Positions 1 to 9,594 of a stretch of DNA of 64,000 nucleotides are shown here, one piece after another. This DNA comes from Ponticaulis sp. (lineage in GTDB: Bacteria; Pseudomonadota; Alphaproteobacteria; Caulobacterales; Hyphomonadaceae). The position numbers and the translations under genes were made by a program. The DNA lies in assembly GCF_002723155.1 (NCBI RefSeq), contig NZ_PBNO01000006.1, one strand, 5' to 3'. Every line of letters starts with the position of its first letter. Position 1 is the first letter of the stretch. Below the pieces are notes generated by a model. The model saw only the letters and a list, made by a program, of their open reading frames with translations, was not told the origin of the DNA and did no database searches.

Positions 1-324
1 TCCCGCTTCGTGCGCATAACGGTTCCAGGTGGCATCTAAGTAACCGGCGGGAATTCCCGGTTCACTACGATCCAGTATGGTCCACTCAGGGCGCCAACGG
101 GAAGGAAGGTTATCTGCCTCCAGCTGCCATTCTTCAGCAAACAGCGCAAGCTGTGCTTCAACGCTCAGCCCCCAACGCGTCTGCGTGTGCTCCATAATAT
201 CCATCCAGTCTGAGCGATTTTCCAGAACACGACATGCGAGCGCCTGCGAAGGTGTGAGGGGCTCAGCAGCCGTGGCAGGCAGCGTGGTTGTGACCAGAGC
301 AAGGATGAATGTTGAAAAGCGCAT
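1..324 (-). CDS. Exported SLT/lytic-transglycosylase-like protein (divergent), 3' end outside the window
   Basis: Hand translation from ATG 324 (GGAG RBS upstream): MRFSTFILALVTTTLPATAAEP signal peptide, then C-x8-W...RWG...QLALFAEE...YLDATWNRY. This resembles the small SLT family pattern RWG...Q-M-A-I-I-x-Q-E-S...LDGTW. Missing from the ORF track because there is no stop in the window. Confidence 0.6.
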   Translation of the reverse strand, partial: MRFSTFILALVTTTLPATAAEPLTPSQALACRVLENRSDWMDIMEHTQTRWGLSVEAQLALFAEEWQLEADNLPSRWRPEWTILDRSEPGIPAGYLDATWNRYAHEAG

Positions 325-363
325 AATGGACTCCGTTCGACGCAGTGTCGCACGCAGTTACCA

Positions 364-401
364 ATAAAAAGCAAACCGCCGACATCTTGCGATGTCGGCG
401 G
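364..401 (-). terminator. Rho-independent terminator of glnBA
   Basis: Perfect 11-bp stem CCGCCGACATC/GATGTCGGCGG (376-401) followed on the minus strand by TTTGCTTTTTAT. Confidence 0.85.
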
Positions 402-434
402 CTTCTTCAGTGAAATACTATCTGTCTGACGGTA

Positions 435-1838
435 TCAAACTTTGTAGTACATTTCGAATTCCACTGGGTGTGGGTGCATTTCGAAAGCCATAACTTCTTC
501 CATTTTAAGGTCGATGTAGCCATCGATCTGGTCGTCGTCGAACACGCCGCCTGCTTTGAGGAAGTCACGGTCAGCGTCGAGAGATTCGAGTGCTTCACGC
601 AGAGAGCCGCAAACCTGAGGAATAGATTTCGCTTCTTCCGCAGGAAGATCGTAAAGGTCTTTGTCCATCGCATCGCCAGGGTGGATCTGGTTCTGGATGC
701 CGTCGAGGCCGGCCATGAGCAGAGCAGCAAACGCCATGTATGGGTTTGCACCTGGGTCAGGGAAGCGTGTCTCGATACGCTTCGCTTTAGGCGAGGAACC
801 GTAAGGAATACGGATAGACGCAGAGCGGTTACGAGCAGAGTAAGCGAGCATAACTGGCGCTTCGAAACCTGGAACCAGACGCTTGTAAGAGTTGGTCAGT
901 GGGTTTGTCAGAGCGTTCAGAGCTTTCGCGTGCTTGATAACGCCGCCAATGTAGTAAAGGCATGTTTCAGACAGGCCAGCATAACCGTCGCCTGCGAATG
1001 TTGGTCCGCCGTCTTTCCAGATAGACTGGTGAACGTGCATGCCGGAACCGTTGTCGAGGTACATAGGCTTAGGCATGAAGGTCGCAGACTTGCCGTAAGA
1101 CGCAGCGACGTTGTGAACTACGTATTTGTAGTCCTGAACGCGGTCAGCCATTTCCAGAAGCGTGCCGAACACCATGCCGAGTTCGTGCTGGGCAGGTGCA
1201 ACTTCGTGGTGCTGCTTCTCTGGCTTCATGCCGAGTTCTTTCATGACTGAAAGCATCTCGGAACGCATGTCTTGTTCTGAGTCGACTGGTGGTACTGGGA
1301 AGTAACCGCCTTTTGGACCTGGGCGGTGACCCATGTTGCCCATTTCGTAGTCTTTGTCCGTGTTCACTGGCAGCTCAGTAGAGTCAAACTGGTAGCCAGT
1401 TTTGTGCGGCTGAACAGACCATTTGACGTCGTCGAAGACGAAGAATTCTGGCTCTGGACCGAAGTAAGCTGTGTCGCCAATACCTGTAGATTTCAGGTAA
1501 GCTTCTGCTTTTTTCGCAGTCATACGTGGGTCGCGGTTATAAGCGTCCATCGTGCCTGGGTTCAGGATGTCACATTTGACGGTCATAGTAGTCTGCTGGA
1601 AGAACGGGTCGATCTTCGCAGTAGACGCGTCTGGCATCAGGACCATGTCGGACTCGTTGATGGCTTTCCAGCCAGCAATGGACGAACCGTCAAACATTGT
1701 GCCGTCTTCGAACATACCTTCGTCAACCGCATCAGCCGTGAAAGTTACGTGCTGCAGCTTACCACGAACGTCCGTGAAGCGCAGATCTACGTACTCTACG
1801 TCTTTCTCTTTCATTTCTTTGAAAAATTGTTCAGACAC
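435..1838 (-). CDS. glnA: Glutamine synthetase type I
   Basis: DLRFTD, FDGSSI, FFGPEPEF-like, [37 protein letters not shown] and the adenylylation-site DLYDLP. Likely start GTG 1838 with GGAGGG RBS (track extends to TTG 1850). Confidence 0.97.
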   Translation of the reverse strand: MSEQFFKEMKEKDVEYVDLRFTDVRGKLQHVTFTADAVDEGMFEDGTMFDGSSIAGWKAINESDMVLMPDASTAKIDPFFQQTTMTVKCDILNPGTMDAYNRDPRMTAKKAEAYLKSTGIGDTAYFGPEPEFFVFDDVKWSVQPHKTGYQFDSTELPVNTDKDYEMGNMGHRPGPKGGYFPVPPVDSEQDMRSEMLSVMKELGMKPEKQHHEVAPAQHELGMVFGTLLEMADRVQDYKYVVHNVAASYGKSATFMPKPMYLDNGSGMHVHQSIWKDGGPTFAGDGYAGLSETCLYYIGGVIKHAKALNALTNPLTNSYKRLVPGFEAPVMLAYSARNRSASIRIPYGSSPKAKRIETRFPDPGANPYMAFAALLMAGLDGIQNQIHPGDAMDKDLYDLPAEEAKSIPQVCGSLREALESLDADRDFLKAGGVFDDDQIDGYIDLKMEEVMAFEMHPHPVEFEMYYKV

Positions 1839-1880
1839 TTTTCCCTCCAAGTTTGGGTTTTGCGTATTCAGTTAGCCCGA

Positions 1881-2234
<354 letters not shown>

Positions 2235-2326
2235 CTATTTCAATAATCTGGCACTGTGGCCTACCACTCACTGCTGACTTGATAAGAGATTGAAGAGCGG
2301 TAGACGTCCGATTGTGTTCGCGGGTC

Positions 2327-2360
2327 TAAAAAATGGGCGCCGCTGATTAAAAAATGGACG
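2327..2360. promoter_or_regulatory. 13-bp direct repeat with 21-bp period upstream of glnB, candidate activator (NtrC-type) sites
   Basis: TAAAAAATGGGCG (2327-2339) and TAAAAAATGGACG (2348-2360), 12/13 identical. Confidence 0.35.
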
Positions 2361-2655
2361 TATATTTCTGCCGAAGCTGCAGCCTTCATGATATCCGGGA
2401 GTTATCAGGGGTGGCAGTTTGGTCGAAGGCAAGTTTTGGTATCGATTCAACGCATTGGAGAATGTGTCGGCTGATTCCAAAAATTAGCGTTTATACAATC
2501 GTTTAGCATGCTTTAGTTCCGCTGAGGCGTGATACATGCCTGTCTGTTGCGCTTCTCGCGTATTTTTGCGGAATTTACTGCCCCATAATGCTGTGTAGGT
2601 AGCAGGATTTGACCTTTGGGCGTGTAATCGGAAACTATTTCTTTGGTAAAACAGG

Positions 2656-2692
2656 TTGCCAACTGTCTTAAAAAGCGTCAGTAAGCGCGCTC
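2656..2692 (+). promoter_or_regulatory. Putative sigma70-type stable-RNA promoter of tRNA-Leu
   Basis: TTGCCA-N17-CAGTAA followed by GC-rich GCGCGCTC just before the tRNA. Confidence 0.4.
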
Positions 2693-2699
2693 TACGAGT

Positions 2700-2784
2700 G
2701 CGGATGTGGCGAAACTGGTAGACGCACCAGATTTAGGTTCTGGCGCCGAGAGGCGTGGGGGTTCGAGTCCCTTCATCCGCACCA
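2700..2784 (+). tRNA. tRNA-Leu (anticodon TAG)
   Basis: Acceptor stem GCGGATG/CATCCGC, D-loop TGGTAGAC, anticodon arm CCAGA-TTTAGGT-TCTGG, long variable arm, GTTCGAGTC T-loop, encoded CCA; 85 nt. Confidence 0.97.
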
Positions 2785-3061
2785 TTTATTTCACTCTACA
2801 TTTCGAGCCGGCCCGGTTTCCCTGAATGCTTTTCAGGAATCGTCTGTGCGCGCGTATGCCGTGAGCAGGTCCTTCGGTTGGTCTTCGATGGCAGTTGATC
2901 ACGCTCGTTGCGAATGCTTTTGCATAAGGGGCAGTTATCAACCTTCCAAGTCGGCTTGTTTGTGCCTCGCCGTACGTCGAAAACGCCGTCATAGCGCACT
3001 CTGAGACTTATTTCGTATAACAAAGCACTTGCAACTCACCCCCCTCTTAAATAGTCCTGTG

Positions 3062-3140
3062 CGCGAACAGCCATGGCTCGTTCGCGGGGGATGTCATCAG
3101 ACCTGCCTGGCGAGCGAAATCACCCCAACATAAGCCAGGA
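3062..3140 (+). promoter_or_regulatory. Structured 5' leader of acnB (candidate cis-regulatory RNA)
   Basis: Hairpin CGCGAAC/GTTCGCG (3062-3086); GGGG 3087-3090 / CCCC 3123-3126; CCTGGC 3106-3111 is complementary to GCCAGG 3134-3139, which overlaps the AGGA SD. Confidence 0.35.
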
Positions 3141-3145
3141 TTATC

Positions 3146-5902
3146 ATGAGCCTATATACACAATACCTCGAAGAGATCGCAGCCCGTAAAAAGGATGGCC
3201 TTCACCCCAAGCCGATTGATGATGGCGCTCTGGTTGCTGAGCTGATCGAACAGATCAAAGACACAGACAATGCACATCGTGCGGACTCTCTGAATTTCTT
3301 TATCTACAACACGCTTCCAGGCACGACGAGCGCTGCCAGCGTGAAGGCTGCTTTCCTGAAGCAAATTGTTCTGGGCGAAGAGAGCGTCGCGGAGATCACA
3401 CCAGATTTCGCGCTCGAACTGCTGTCTCACATGAAGGGTGGCCCATCGGTTGACGTGCTGCTCGACCTCGCTCTTGGCGATGATGCAGCTGTCGCGGCTA
3501 AGGCTGCCGACGTTCTGAAAACTCAGGTCTTCCTCTACGACGCTGATATGGCCCGTCTCAAAGCTGCTTATGACGCAGGTAATGCTGTCGCGAAAGACAT
3601 TCTCGAAAGCTATGCTAAGGCGGAATTCTTCACGAAGCTTCCTGACGTGGAAGAAGAAATCAAAGTCGTCACGTATATCGCTGCAGAAGGCGATATCTCC
3701 ACCGACCTACTTTCACCGGGCAATCAGGCGCACTCACGCTCTGATCGCGAACTTCACGGTAAGTGCATGATCAGCCCTGAGGCACAGGAAGAAATTCAGG
3801 CGCTGCAAAAGCAACATCCTGATGCCCGTGTGATGCTGATCGCTGAAAAGGGTACGATGGGCGTGGGTTCGTCACGTATGTCTGGCGTCAACAACGTTGC
3901 GCTCTGGACCGGTAAACAAGCGAGCCCATACGTACCATTCGTCAACATCGCGCCGATCGTGGCTGGTACGAACGGTATTTCGCCGATCTTCCTTACGACG
4001 GTTGGTGTGACAGGCGGCATCGGCATTGACCTTAAAAACTGGGTCAAAAAGCTGGACGAGAACGGTAAGCCGGTTGTCGACGAAAATGGTGATGCGGTTC
4101 TGGAGCAGGCTTACTCTGTTGAAACCGGCAAAGTTCTGACCATCAACACGAAGACCCAGAAACTCTACGAAGGCGACAAAGAACTCGTAGACATCTCTTC
4201 AGCGCTGACAGCTCCAAAAATGGAATTCATTAAAGCGGGTGGTTCCTACGCGGTTGTCTTCGGTAAGAAGCTTCAAACATTTGCAGCTGAGACACTCGGT
4301 GTTGAGGCGCCATCTGTTTTCGCTGCATCAAAAGAAGTGTCGCACGAAGGTCAGGGCTTGACCGCGGTTGAGAAAATCTTCAACGCCAACGCAACGGGCA
4401 CAACTCCGGGCAAGACGCTCCACGCTGGTTCTGATGTCCGTGTGAAGGTGAATATTGTAGGTTCACAGGACACGACAGGTCTGATGACCTCGCAGGAACT
4501 TGAGGCGATGGCCGCCACTGTGATCTCTCCAATCGTTGATGGTGCTTACCAGTCTGGTTGTCACACAGCCTCTGTCTGGGACATTAAAGCTCAGACCAAC
4601 ATTCCAAAGCTCATGAGCTTCATGAATAAATTCGGCCTGATCACTGCGCGTGATCCGAAGGGCGAGTATCCGGCCATGACGGACGTGATCCACAAAGTTC
4701 TCAACGATATCACCGTTGATGACTGGGCGATCATTATTGGTGGCGATAGCCACACGCGCATGTCTAAAGGCGTCGCATTCGGTGCTGACTCCGGTACGGT
4801 AGCGCTTGCGCTGGCAACTGGCGAAGCGACGATGCCAATCCCTGAGTCCGTTAAAGTGACCTTCAAAGGTACAATGGCTGACTATATGGACTTCCGTGAT
4901 GTGGTTCACGCTACACAGGCTCAGATGCTGAAGAAGTTCGGCGAAAACGTCTTCCAGGGACGTATCATCGAAGTTCACATCGGCACGCTGCTCGCTGACC
5001 AGGCTTTCACATTCACCGACTGGACGGCAGAGATGAAGGCGAAAGCCTCTATCTGTATCTCAGAAGACGAAACACTGATCGAATCTCTGGAAATCGCGAA
5101 ATCCCGCATCCAGATCATGATCGATAAAGGCATGGACAACGAGAACCAGGTTCTTCAGGGCCTTATCGATAAAGCGGACAAGCGTATCGCTGAAATCCGT
5201 TCTGGCGAGAAGCCTGCTTTGAAGCCGGACGATAACGCGAAATACTTCGCTGAACTCGTTGTTGATCTTGATGCGATCAACGAACCAATGATCGCTGACC
5301 CGGACGTCAATAACGAAGACGTTTCCAAGCGCTACACGCACGACACGATCCGTCCGGTCTCTTACTATGGCGGCGACAAGAAGGTTGATCTCGGCTTCGT
5401 CGGGTCTTGTATGGTCCACAAAGGCGACATGAAGATCATTTCTGAAATGCTTCAGAACCTTGAGAAGCAAAATGGCGAAGTTAAGTTCGCGGCACCACTC
5501 GTTGTTGCGCCGCCGACTTACAATATCGTCGACGAGCTCAAAGCAGAAGGCGACTGGGACGTTCTGCGCAAATATGCAGGTTTCGAGTTTGATGACACTC
5601 ACCCGAAAGCTAAAGCGCGCACAGAGTATGAAAACATGCTCTACCTCGAGCGTCCGGGCTGTAACCTCTGCATGGGTAACCAGGAGAAGGCGGCTAAAGG
5701 CGACACAGTGATGGCGACGTCTACACGTCTCTTCCAGGGCCGTGTTGTAGAAGACGCCGACAACAAGAAGGGCGAGTCACTTCTAGCATCTACGCCGGTT
5801 GTTGTTCTGTCTACAATTCTCGGCCGTACGCCAAGCATGGATGAGTACAAAGCGGCTGTAGAGGGGATCAACCTCACGCAGTACGCGCCGCCGGTGAACT
5901 AA
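3146..5902 (+). CDS. acnB: Bifunctional aconitate hydratase 2 / 2-methylisocitrate dehydratase
   Basis: N-terminal HEAT-like region (LSHMKGG), STDLLSP, GVGSSRMS, SQDTTG, QSGCHT, GGDSHTRM, Fe-S ligands GSCM and CNLCMGNQ, STRLF. Confidence 0.95.
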   Translation: MSLYTQYLEEIAARKKDGLHPKPIDDGALVAELIEQIKDTDNAHRADSLNFFIYNTLPGTTSAASVKAAFLKQIVLGEESVAEITPDFALELLSHMKGGPSVDVLLDLALGDDAAVAAKAADVLKTQVFLYDADMARLKAAYDAGNAVAKDILESYAKAEFFTKLPDVEEEIKVVTYIAAEGDISTDLLSPGNQAHSRSDRELHGKCMISPEAQEEIQALQKQHPDARVMLIAEKGTMGVGSSRMSGVNNVALWTGKQASPYVPFVNIAPIVAGTNGISPIFLTTVGVTGGIGIDLKNWVKKLDENGKPVVDENGDAVLEQAYSVETGKVLTINTKTQKLYEGDKELVDISSALTAPKMEFIKAGGSYAVVFGKKLQTFAAETLGVEAPSVFAASKEVSHEGQGLTAVEKIFNANATGTTPGKTLHAGSDVRVKVNIVGSQDTTGLMTSQELEAMAATVISPIVDGAYQSGCHTASVWDIKAQTNIPKLMSFMNKFGLITARDPKGEYPAMTDVIHKVLNDITVDDWAIIIGGDSHTRMSKGVAFGADSGTVALALATGEATMPIPESVKVTFKGTMADYMDFRDVVHATQAQMLKKFGENVFQGRIIEVHIGTLLADQAFTFTDWTAEMKAKASICISEDETLIESLEIAKSRIQIMIDKGMDNENQVLQGLIDKADKRIAEIRSGEKPALKPDDNAKYFAELVVDLDAINEPMIADPDVNNEDVSKRYTHDTIRPVSYYGGDKKVDLGFVGSCMVHKGDMKIISEMLQNLEKQNGEVKFAAPLVVAPPTYNIVDELKAEGDWDVLRKYAGFEFDDTHPKAKARTEYENMLYLERPGCNLCMGNQEKAAKGDTVMATSTRLFQGRVVEDADNKKGESLLASTPVVVLSTILGRTPSMDEYKAAVEGINLTQYAPPVN

Positions 5903-5926
5903 GCCGGAGTAATCCGCAGAAATTGG

Positions 5927-5955
5927 AAAGGCGGGCTTATGCTCGCCTTTTTTTA
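5927..5955 (+). terminator. Intrinsic terminator between convergent acnB and soxA-like gene (probably bidirectional)
   Basis: AAAGGCGGGC-TTAT-GCTCGCCTTT followed by a T run. Confidence 0.8.
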
Positions 5956-6723
5956 TCTGCGAATACCGGGACTTTCCAGTTCAAGGCCAGATGCGCGAAC
6001 CGCAAGGTAGAACTCAAGATCAATATAGGTCTGAGAGCCGAGTTCCATGGGGGCAGCGCGAACGCCGGTATCACAGTCGTGGAGCCTGCGGTGCAACGAG
6101 CCGAAGTCTTCCCACTCAAAGCGGTAGGCCGGGAAACCATTGCCGTGCCCCTGACTGATCGTGTCCCCACGCAATTGTTTGCCCCAATTGTCATCATGGC
6201 ACTGTGTGCAAGCTAAGTTGAGTTGGCCGCGCCGTGTCATGAAATAATTCGCACCGCTTTCAAAGGCTGATTGAGTTTGCGGTGTGACCTCAACGCTAAT
6301 TGGCAGGCCTCGGGATTGCTCCGCAACAAATGCAGTCAGAGAGAGAAGTTCATCGCTTTCATAGGGCAAGGAGGTCAGGCCTTGATGCCGGGTTCGGCAC
6401 AGGTTGATCCGTCCCTCCAAGTTGATAAGCGTCTGCGTTCCAGTGTCAAAAGCTGGATAGTGCGTCGCAACACCTTCTAGTCCATTTTCGTGGCAGCCTG
6501 CACAGCTTGGTTCGCCTTGCTCAAAGAGGTCGGCCCCGCGTTCTACCCAGAGATATCCGGGGTTTTCAAAATCATCATTTTGCTGGGCTACAGTTTCAGG
6601 TGTTAGGAAATTCGAGCCGGAAACGCGCTGAGATGCTTCGATAGTAAAGTCCGGTTCCAGCTGCGTGGTCTCCGGAGAGCAGGCTGCACCGACAAACAGG
6701 AAACAGGCAGCGAGTAGCCGCAT
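5953..6723 (-). CDS. soxA: SoxA-like diheme c-type cytochrome, predicted lipoprotein
   Basis: Two CxxCH (CAGCH, CTQCH), INLCR heme ligand, RRGQLNLAC, QGHGNGFPAYR and RRLHDC active-site motif; lipobox-like GAAC in the signal peptide. Confidence 0.85.
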   Translation of the reverse strand: MRLLAACFLFVGAACSPETTQLEPDFTIEASQRVSGSNFLTPETVAQQNDDFENPGYLWVERGADLFEQGEPSCAGCHENGLEGVATHYPAFDTGTQTLINLEGRINLCRTRHQGLTSLPYESDELLSLTAFVAEQSRGLPISVEVTPQTQSAFESGANYFMTRRGQLNLACTQCHDDNWGKQLRGDTISQGHGNGFPAYRFEWEDFGSLHRRLHDCDTGVRAAPMELGSQTYIDLEFYLAVRASGLELESPGIRR

Positions 6724-7043
6724 TAGCTTACCTCGATTTGCGCGCTGTCAGACCAGCTTTGTCCATCCTGATCCGTCCAGACGAACTCGAAACTGCCGGA
6801 CTCGTTTGCGCGCGCATAGAATTTCAGTATCGGGTTTGCTGCCACGCCTGGATGAAAGTCCGATGAGAAAAAAAGCGTACCATTATAGAAACACTCAAAT
6901 TTGGTGATGATGTCCTGCGGGATCATTTCGCCGCGTGAACCAAAGCGGAAGCCGCTTTCCATCTCGTGCTGGATCATGGCGCGCAGTTCGATGATTTCAC
7001 CGCGGTCAGCAGTCTGCGGGACTGAAAGTCGTATCGTTGTCAT
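6723..7043 (-). CDS. soxZ: SoxZ-like carrier subunit
   Basis: IQHEMESGFR, GVAANP, FVWTD motifs; no signal peptide. Start ATG 7043 with GAGG RBS; TAATG overlap with soxA. Confidence 0.85.
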   Translation of the reverse strand: MTTIRLSVPQTADRGEIIELRAMIQHEMESGFRFGSRGEMIPQDIITKFECFYNGTLFFSSDFHPGVAANPILKFYARANESGSFEFVWTDQDGQSWSDSAQIEVS

Positions 7044-7050
7044 AGCTGCC

Positions 7051-7515
7051 TCAATCAATCACACAGGCGGCGAGGGTGACCAGAGTTTGTTTCGCGCCAG
7101 ACCAGAGTGTTCCATCATTCATTTCGGCTATAACGCGAATTGACTGCGTGCCGCCGAGCCGTATGCGCGCCGAAACATCAGCGCGTCCTGACATCGGAGT
7201 CAGATGATACTGTGCAAGAACGGGCAGCGGGTTTCGCGGAGAGAGAACCACAATCTGTTTCACGTAGTCGTCTTCTGTCATCGGGCTGTCGACCGAGATA
7301 TCAATGGGTACGGAGAAACCGTTTTCAGCTATGGGCGGCAGATCGACGTTAACACGACCTTCAGTGATCACCCGGTCTCCGAACATCCCTCTGATGGCTT
7401 CATTCATCTCGTCTTCGGTGGCCGCGGCAACTCGTGGAATCATGAGCATGCTCACACTGACTGCACCTAGTCGTAGCATGGTCCTTCGAGATAATAGAGT
7501 CGTATGCGTTGTCAT
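7051..7515 (-). CDS. soxY: SoxY paralogue with non-canonical C-terminal arm (VTLAACVID)
   Basis: Tat signal SRRTML; PPIAENGFSVP, NPLP, RIRLGGTQ SoxY-fold motifs; ends VTLAACVID instead of VTIGGCGG. Confidence 0.8.
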   Translation of the reverse strand: MTTHTTLLSRRTMLRLGAVSVSMLMIPRVAAATEDEMNEAIRGMFGDRVITEGRVNVDLPPIAENGFSVPIDISVDSPMTEDDYVKQIVVLSPRNPLPVLAQYHLTPMSGRADVSARIRLGGTQSIRVIAEMNDGTLWSGAKQTLVTLAACVID

Positions 7516-7970
7516 CAGTCCTGTGTCCGGCTGGTGAGATACGCGACCAGATGTTCAATCTGTTCGGCGCTGAGAATGGTCTGGTCCTGAAATTCTTCCT
7601 GCACCTGATTTAGGTCGTGAAGGCGATAATAGGAGGGCATGACTGTATCCGGTATCAGGCTTTGTAGGTCTACGATTCTGAACCTGATCTGAGCAGCAGA
7701 AAGCCTGTCGCCAACAGTGGAGAGGTCCGGCCCGACATTTCCTTGAAACTCTGCATCTAAACCGTCGATCTGATGACAGAGTACGCAGTGCCCCTGATCT
7801 CGGTCGACGAATACAGTTTTGCCCACTTCAACAGAAGATGCCGTGTTCGAGAGCGGTGCGGCGATTGTATCGCCAACTATCATATCTGGGGTGACGAGTT
7901 GTTCCGCGAATGCTTCAGGGCAACAAAAGAGAAGCGTTACAAGGCTGGAAAGGGCACAGGCTCTGATCAA
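7515..7970 (-). CDS. soxX: SoxX-like monoheme cytochrome c
   Basis: GHCVLCH, GNVGPDL, TVMPSY; Sec-type signal; overlaps fccB (TTGA) and soxY (TGATG). Confidence 0.85.
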   Translation of the reverse strand: MIRACALSSLVTLLFCCPEAFAEQLVTPDMIVGDTIAAPLSNTASSVEVGKTVFVDRDQGHCVLCHQIDGLDAEFQGNVGPDLSTVGDRLSAAQIRFRIVDLQSLIPDTVMPSYYRLHDLNQVQEEFQDQTILSAEQIEHLVAYLTSRTQD

Positions 7971-9250
7971 CCGAACGCCTCACTTGTAATGGTTCTGAAC
8001 CAGTCTTCTGCCTGAAGCGCCTCTGCCTCGCGAATGCTAGCGTCTGCAGCCAACGGCGATATGCCACCAGCGCCATCAACTGAGCTGAATGCGCCGTCAT
8101 CATTTCGGTAGACGCCTGCAATTGAAACGGCTCTGTCTGACGTGATGAACGAATAACAGGTGTTTGCGAGCGTCGTCGGTAGCGCATCGTTTCCGCTGAG
8201 AAGCCGCGCGATGGATGCTGCGCACACCTTTGCCTGCAGGTTCGCTGAGAACGCTGATTTCGGCATGGGGTTCGCAATGGTGGCGTCACCAATGACGTGA
8301 ATATTTGGCTGGCGTGTAGATTCGAAGCTGGTTGCGTTGATTGGGCACCATCCCGTTGCATCTGCTACGCCGGCTCGTTCCGCAATATCGCCTGCCTTTT
8401 GAGGCGGGATCACATTTGCCACGTCGGCGCGGATTTCATCAAAATCAGTGTAGAGTGTTTTGGTATCAGCTGCGACGCGGTTCACGCGTCCGTCATTTGA
8501 TGCACCGCGCCATTCCAGATGATCTGGATAATGTTCTGCCCAAGCCTCCTGAAAGAGTGGCATTTTCGAGAACGTGTCCTTTGAGTCCAGAATGATCAGC
8601 TTGGACGCTGGTTTCTCGGTCTTGAGGTAATTTGCGATCAGGCTTGCCCGCTCATATGGGCCCGGAGGGCATCTGAACGGAGCTGCCGGTGCGGACATGA
8701 CGACAGTGCCGCCATTTTCCATCGCTTCGAGTTGGCGTCTGAGCAGAACCGTCTGCGCTCCTGCCTTCCAGGCGTGAGGCATAAGCTCCGCAGCGGCCCG
8801 GTCGTAACCCTCCAGCGCGTCCCAACGAATAGATATGCCCGGAGACATGATGAGGCGGTCATAGCGCAGAACAGAGCCGTTATCTAAAGTGACTGTCCGT
8901 GCCTGACTGTCGACATCCGTCGCGAGTGCTTGCGCGATCTCAATGCTGTCGCCGACAAGGCCACGATAACCAAACTCCTGATCGGCAATTGACCGTTGCC
9001 CGCCAATGACGAGATTGCTGAAGGGGCAGGCCGTGAATATCGGGTTGGGTTCGACGAGCGTTACATGCGCGTTTGGCAGATAGGACTTTATGAACCGAGC
9101 AGCTGTTGCGCCTCCAAAGCCACCGCCGATCACAACGACTTTCGCGCGTGTCTGGGCGAAGGCTTTTAAATCCGAGGCGCTGATTAGTGTTACGCTGGCG
9201 ATGGCGGCCAGTAATTTGCGTCTCGAAAGCAAATTTGTATCGAGCGCCAT
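7967..9250 (-). CDS. fccB: Flavocytochrome c sulfide dehydrogenase flavoprotein subunit (FccB/SoxF-like)
   Basis: Tat signal SRRKLL; VVVIGGGFGG FAD motif; CPFSN; RCPPGPYERA and NTCYS redox cysteines; MPKSAFSAN. Confidence 0.88.
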   Translation of the reverse strand: MALDTNLLSRRKLLAAIASVTLISASDLKAFAQTRAKVVVIGGGFGGATAARFIKSYLPNAHVTLVEPNPIFTACPFSNLVIGGQRSIADQEFGYRGLVGDSIEIAQALATDVDSQARTVTLDNGSVLRYDRLIMSPGISIRWDALEGYDRAAAELMPHAWKAGAQTVLLRRQLEAMENGGTVVMSAPAAPFRCPPGPYERASLIANYLKTEKPASKLIILDSKDTFSKMPLFQEAWAEHYPDHLEWRGASNDGRVNRVAADTKTLYTDFDEIRADVANVIPPQKAGDIAERAGVADATGWCPINATSFESTRQPNIHVIGDATIANPMPKSAFSANLQAKVCAASIARLLSGNDALPTTLANTCYSFITSDRAVSIAGVYRNDDGAFSSVDGAGGISPLAADASIREAEALQAEDWFRTITSEAFG

Positions 9251-9254
9251 ATCG

Positions 9255-9593
9255 TCAGGCCTGTTCTGCGAAATAGTCCGCTAATGCCGTGAGCTGTTCG
9301 TCTGTGTAACCGCGAGCAATACGGTGCATCACCGTAGTCCCGGTATCGGGCTGACCATAGACACGAAGCGAGGCGAGTAATTGATCGGCACTGCGACCGG
9401 CAAGAGACGGAATGCTCTGACCGGCTGTGTCTGCATGACAGCCGGTGCATGAAAGTGCTGAAACGGCAAGACCGTTCGGGTAATTGCGCTCGGAGGCAGG
9501 CCTTGTGTCGACCTCGGCATCAACGCTGAGGGTGCTGCAACCGGATTGGAAGAGCGCCCCAGCGATGATGAGAAATGAAATCGGGCGAAGCAA
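9255..9593 (-). CDS. Small monoheme c-type cytochrome, predicted lipoprotein (FccA-like)
   Basis: CTGCH, IPSLAG, TVMHRIARGY (Met ligand); lipobox-like FQSGC. Confidence 0.85.
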   Translation of the reverse strand: MLRPISFLIIAGALFQSGCSTLSVDAEVDTRPASERNYPNGLAVSALSCTGCHADTAGQSIPSLAGRSADQLLASLRVYGQPDTGTTVMHRIARGYTDEQLTALADYFAEQA

Positions 9594-9594
9594 A

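Noticed and set aside
468-1250. Long antisense ORFs opposite glnA, and similar ones opposite acnB, iorB, dxs, the CoA ligase, RND and ATP-grasp genes
   Set aside because: They are shadows of well-supported genes caused by codon bias, with no recognisable motifs or RBS.
2770-2784. Integrative element at tRNA-Leu or tRNA-Val
   Set aside because: No integrase or transposase is present, and I saw no duplicated tRNA 3' end. The only match noticed is a 9-bp CTTCATCCG inside the acyl-CoA dehydrogenase gene, which is expected by chance.
5953-9250. Calling this a canonical thiosulfate-oxidising Sox pathway
   Set aside because: SoxY lacks the GGCGG arm, and soxB/soxC/soxD are absent from the operon and the window.
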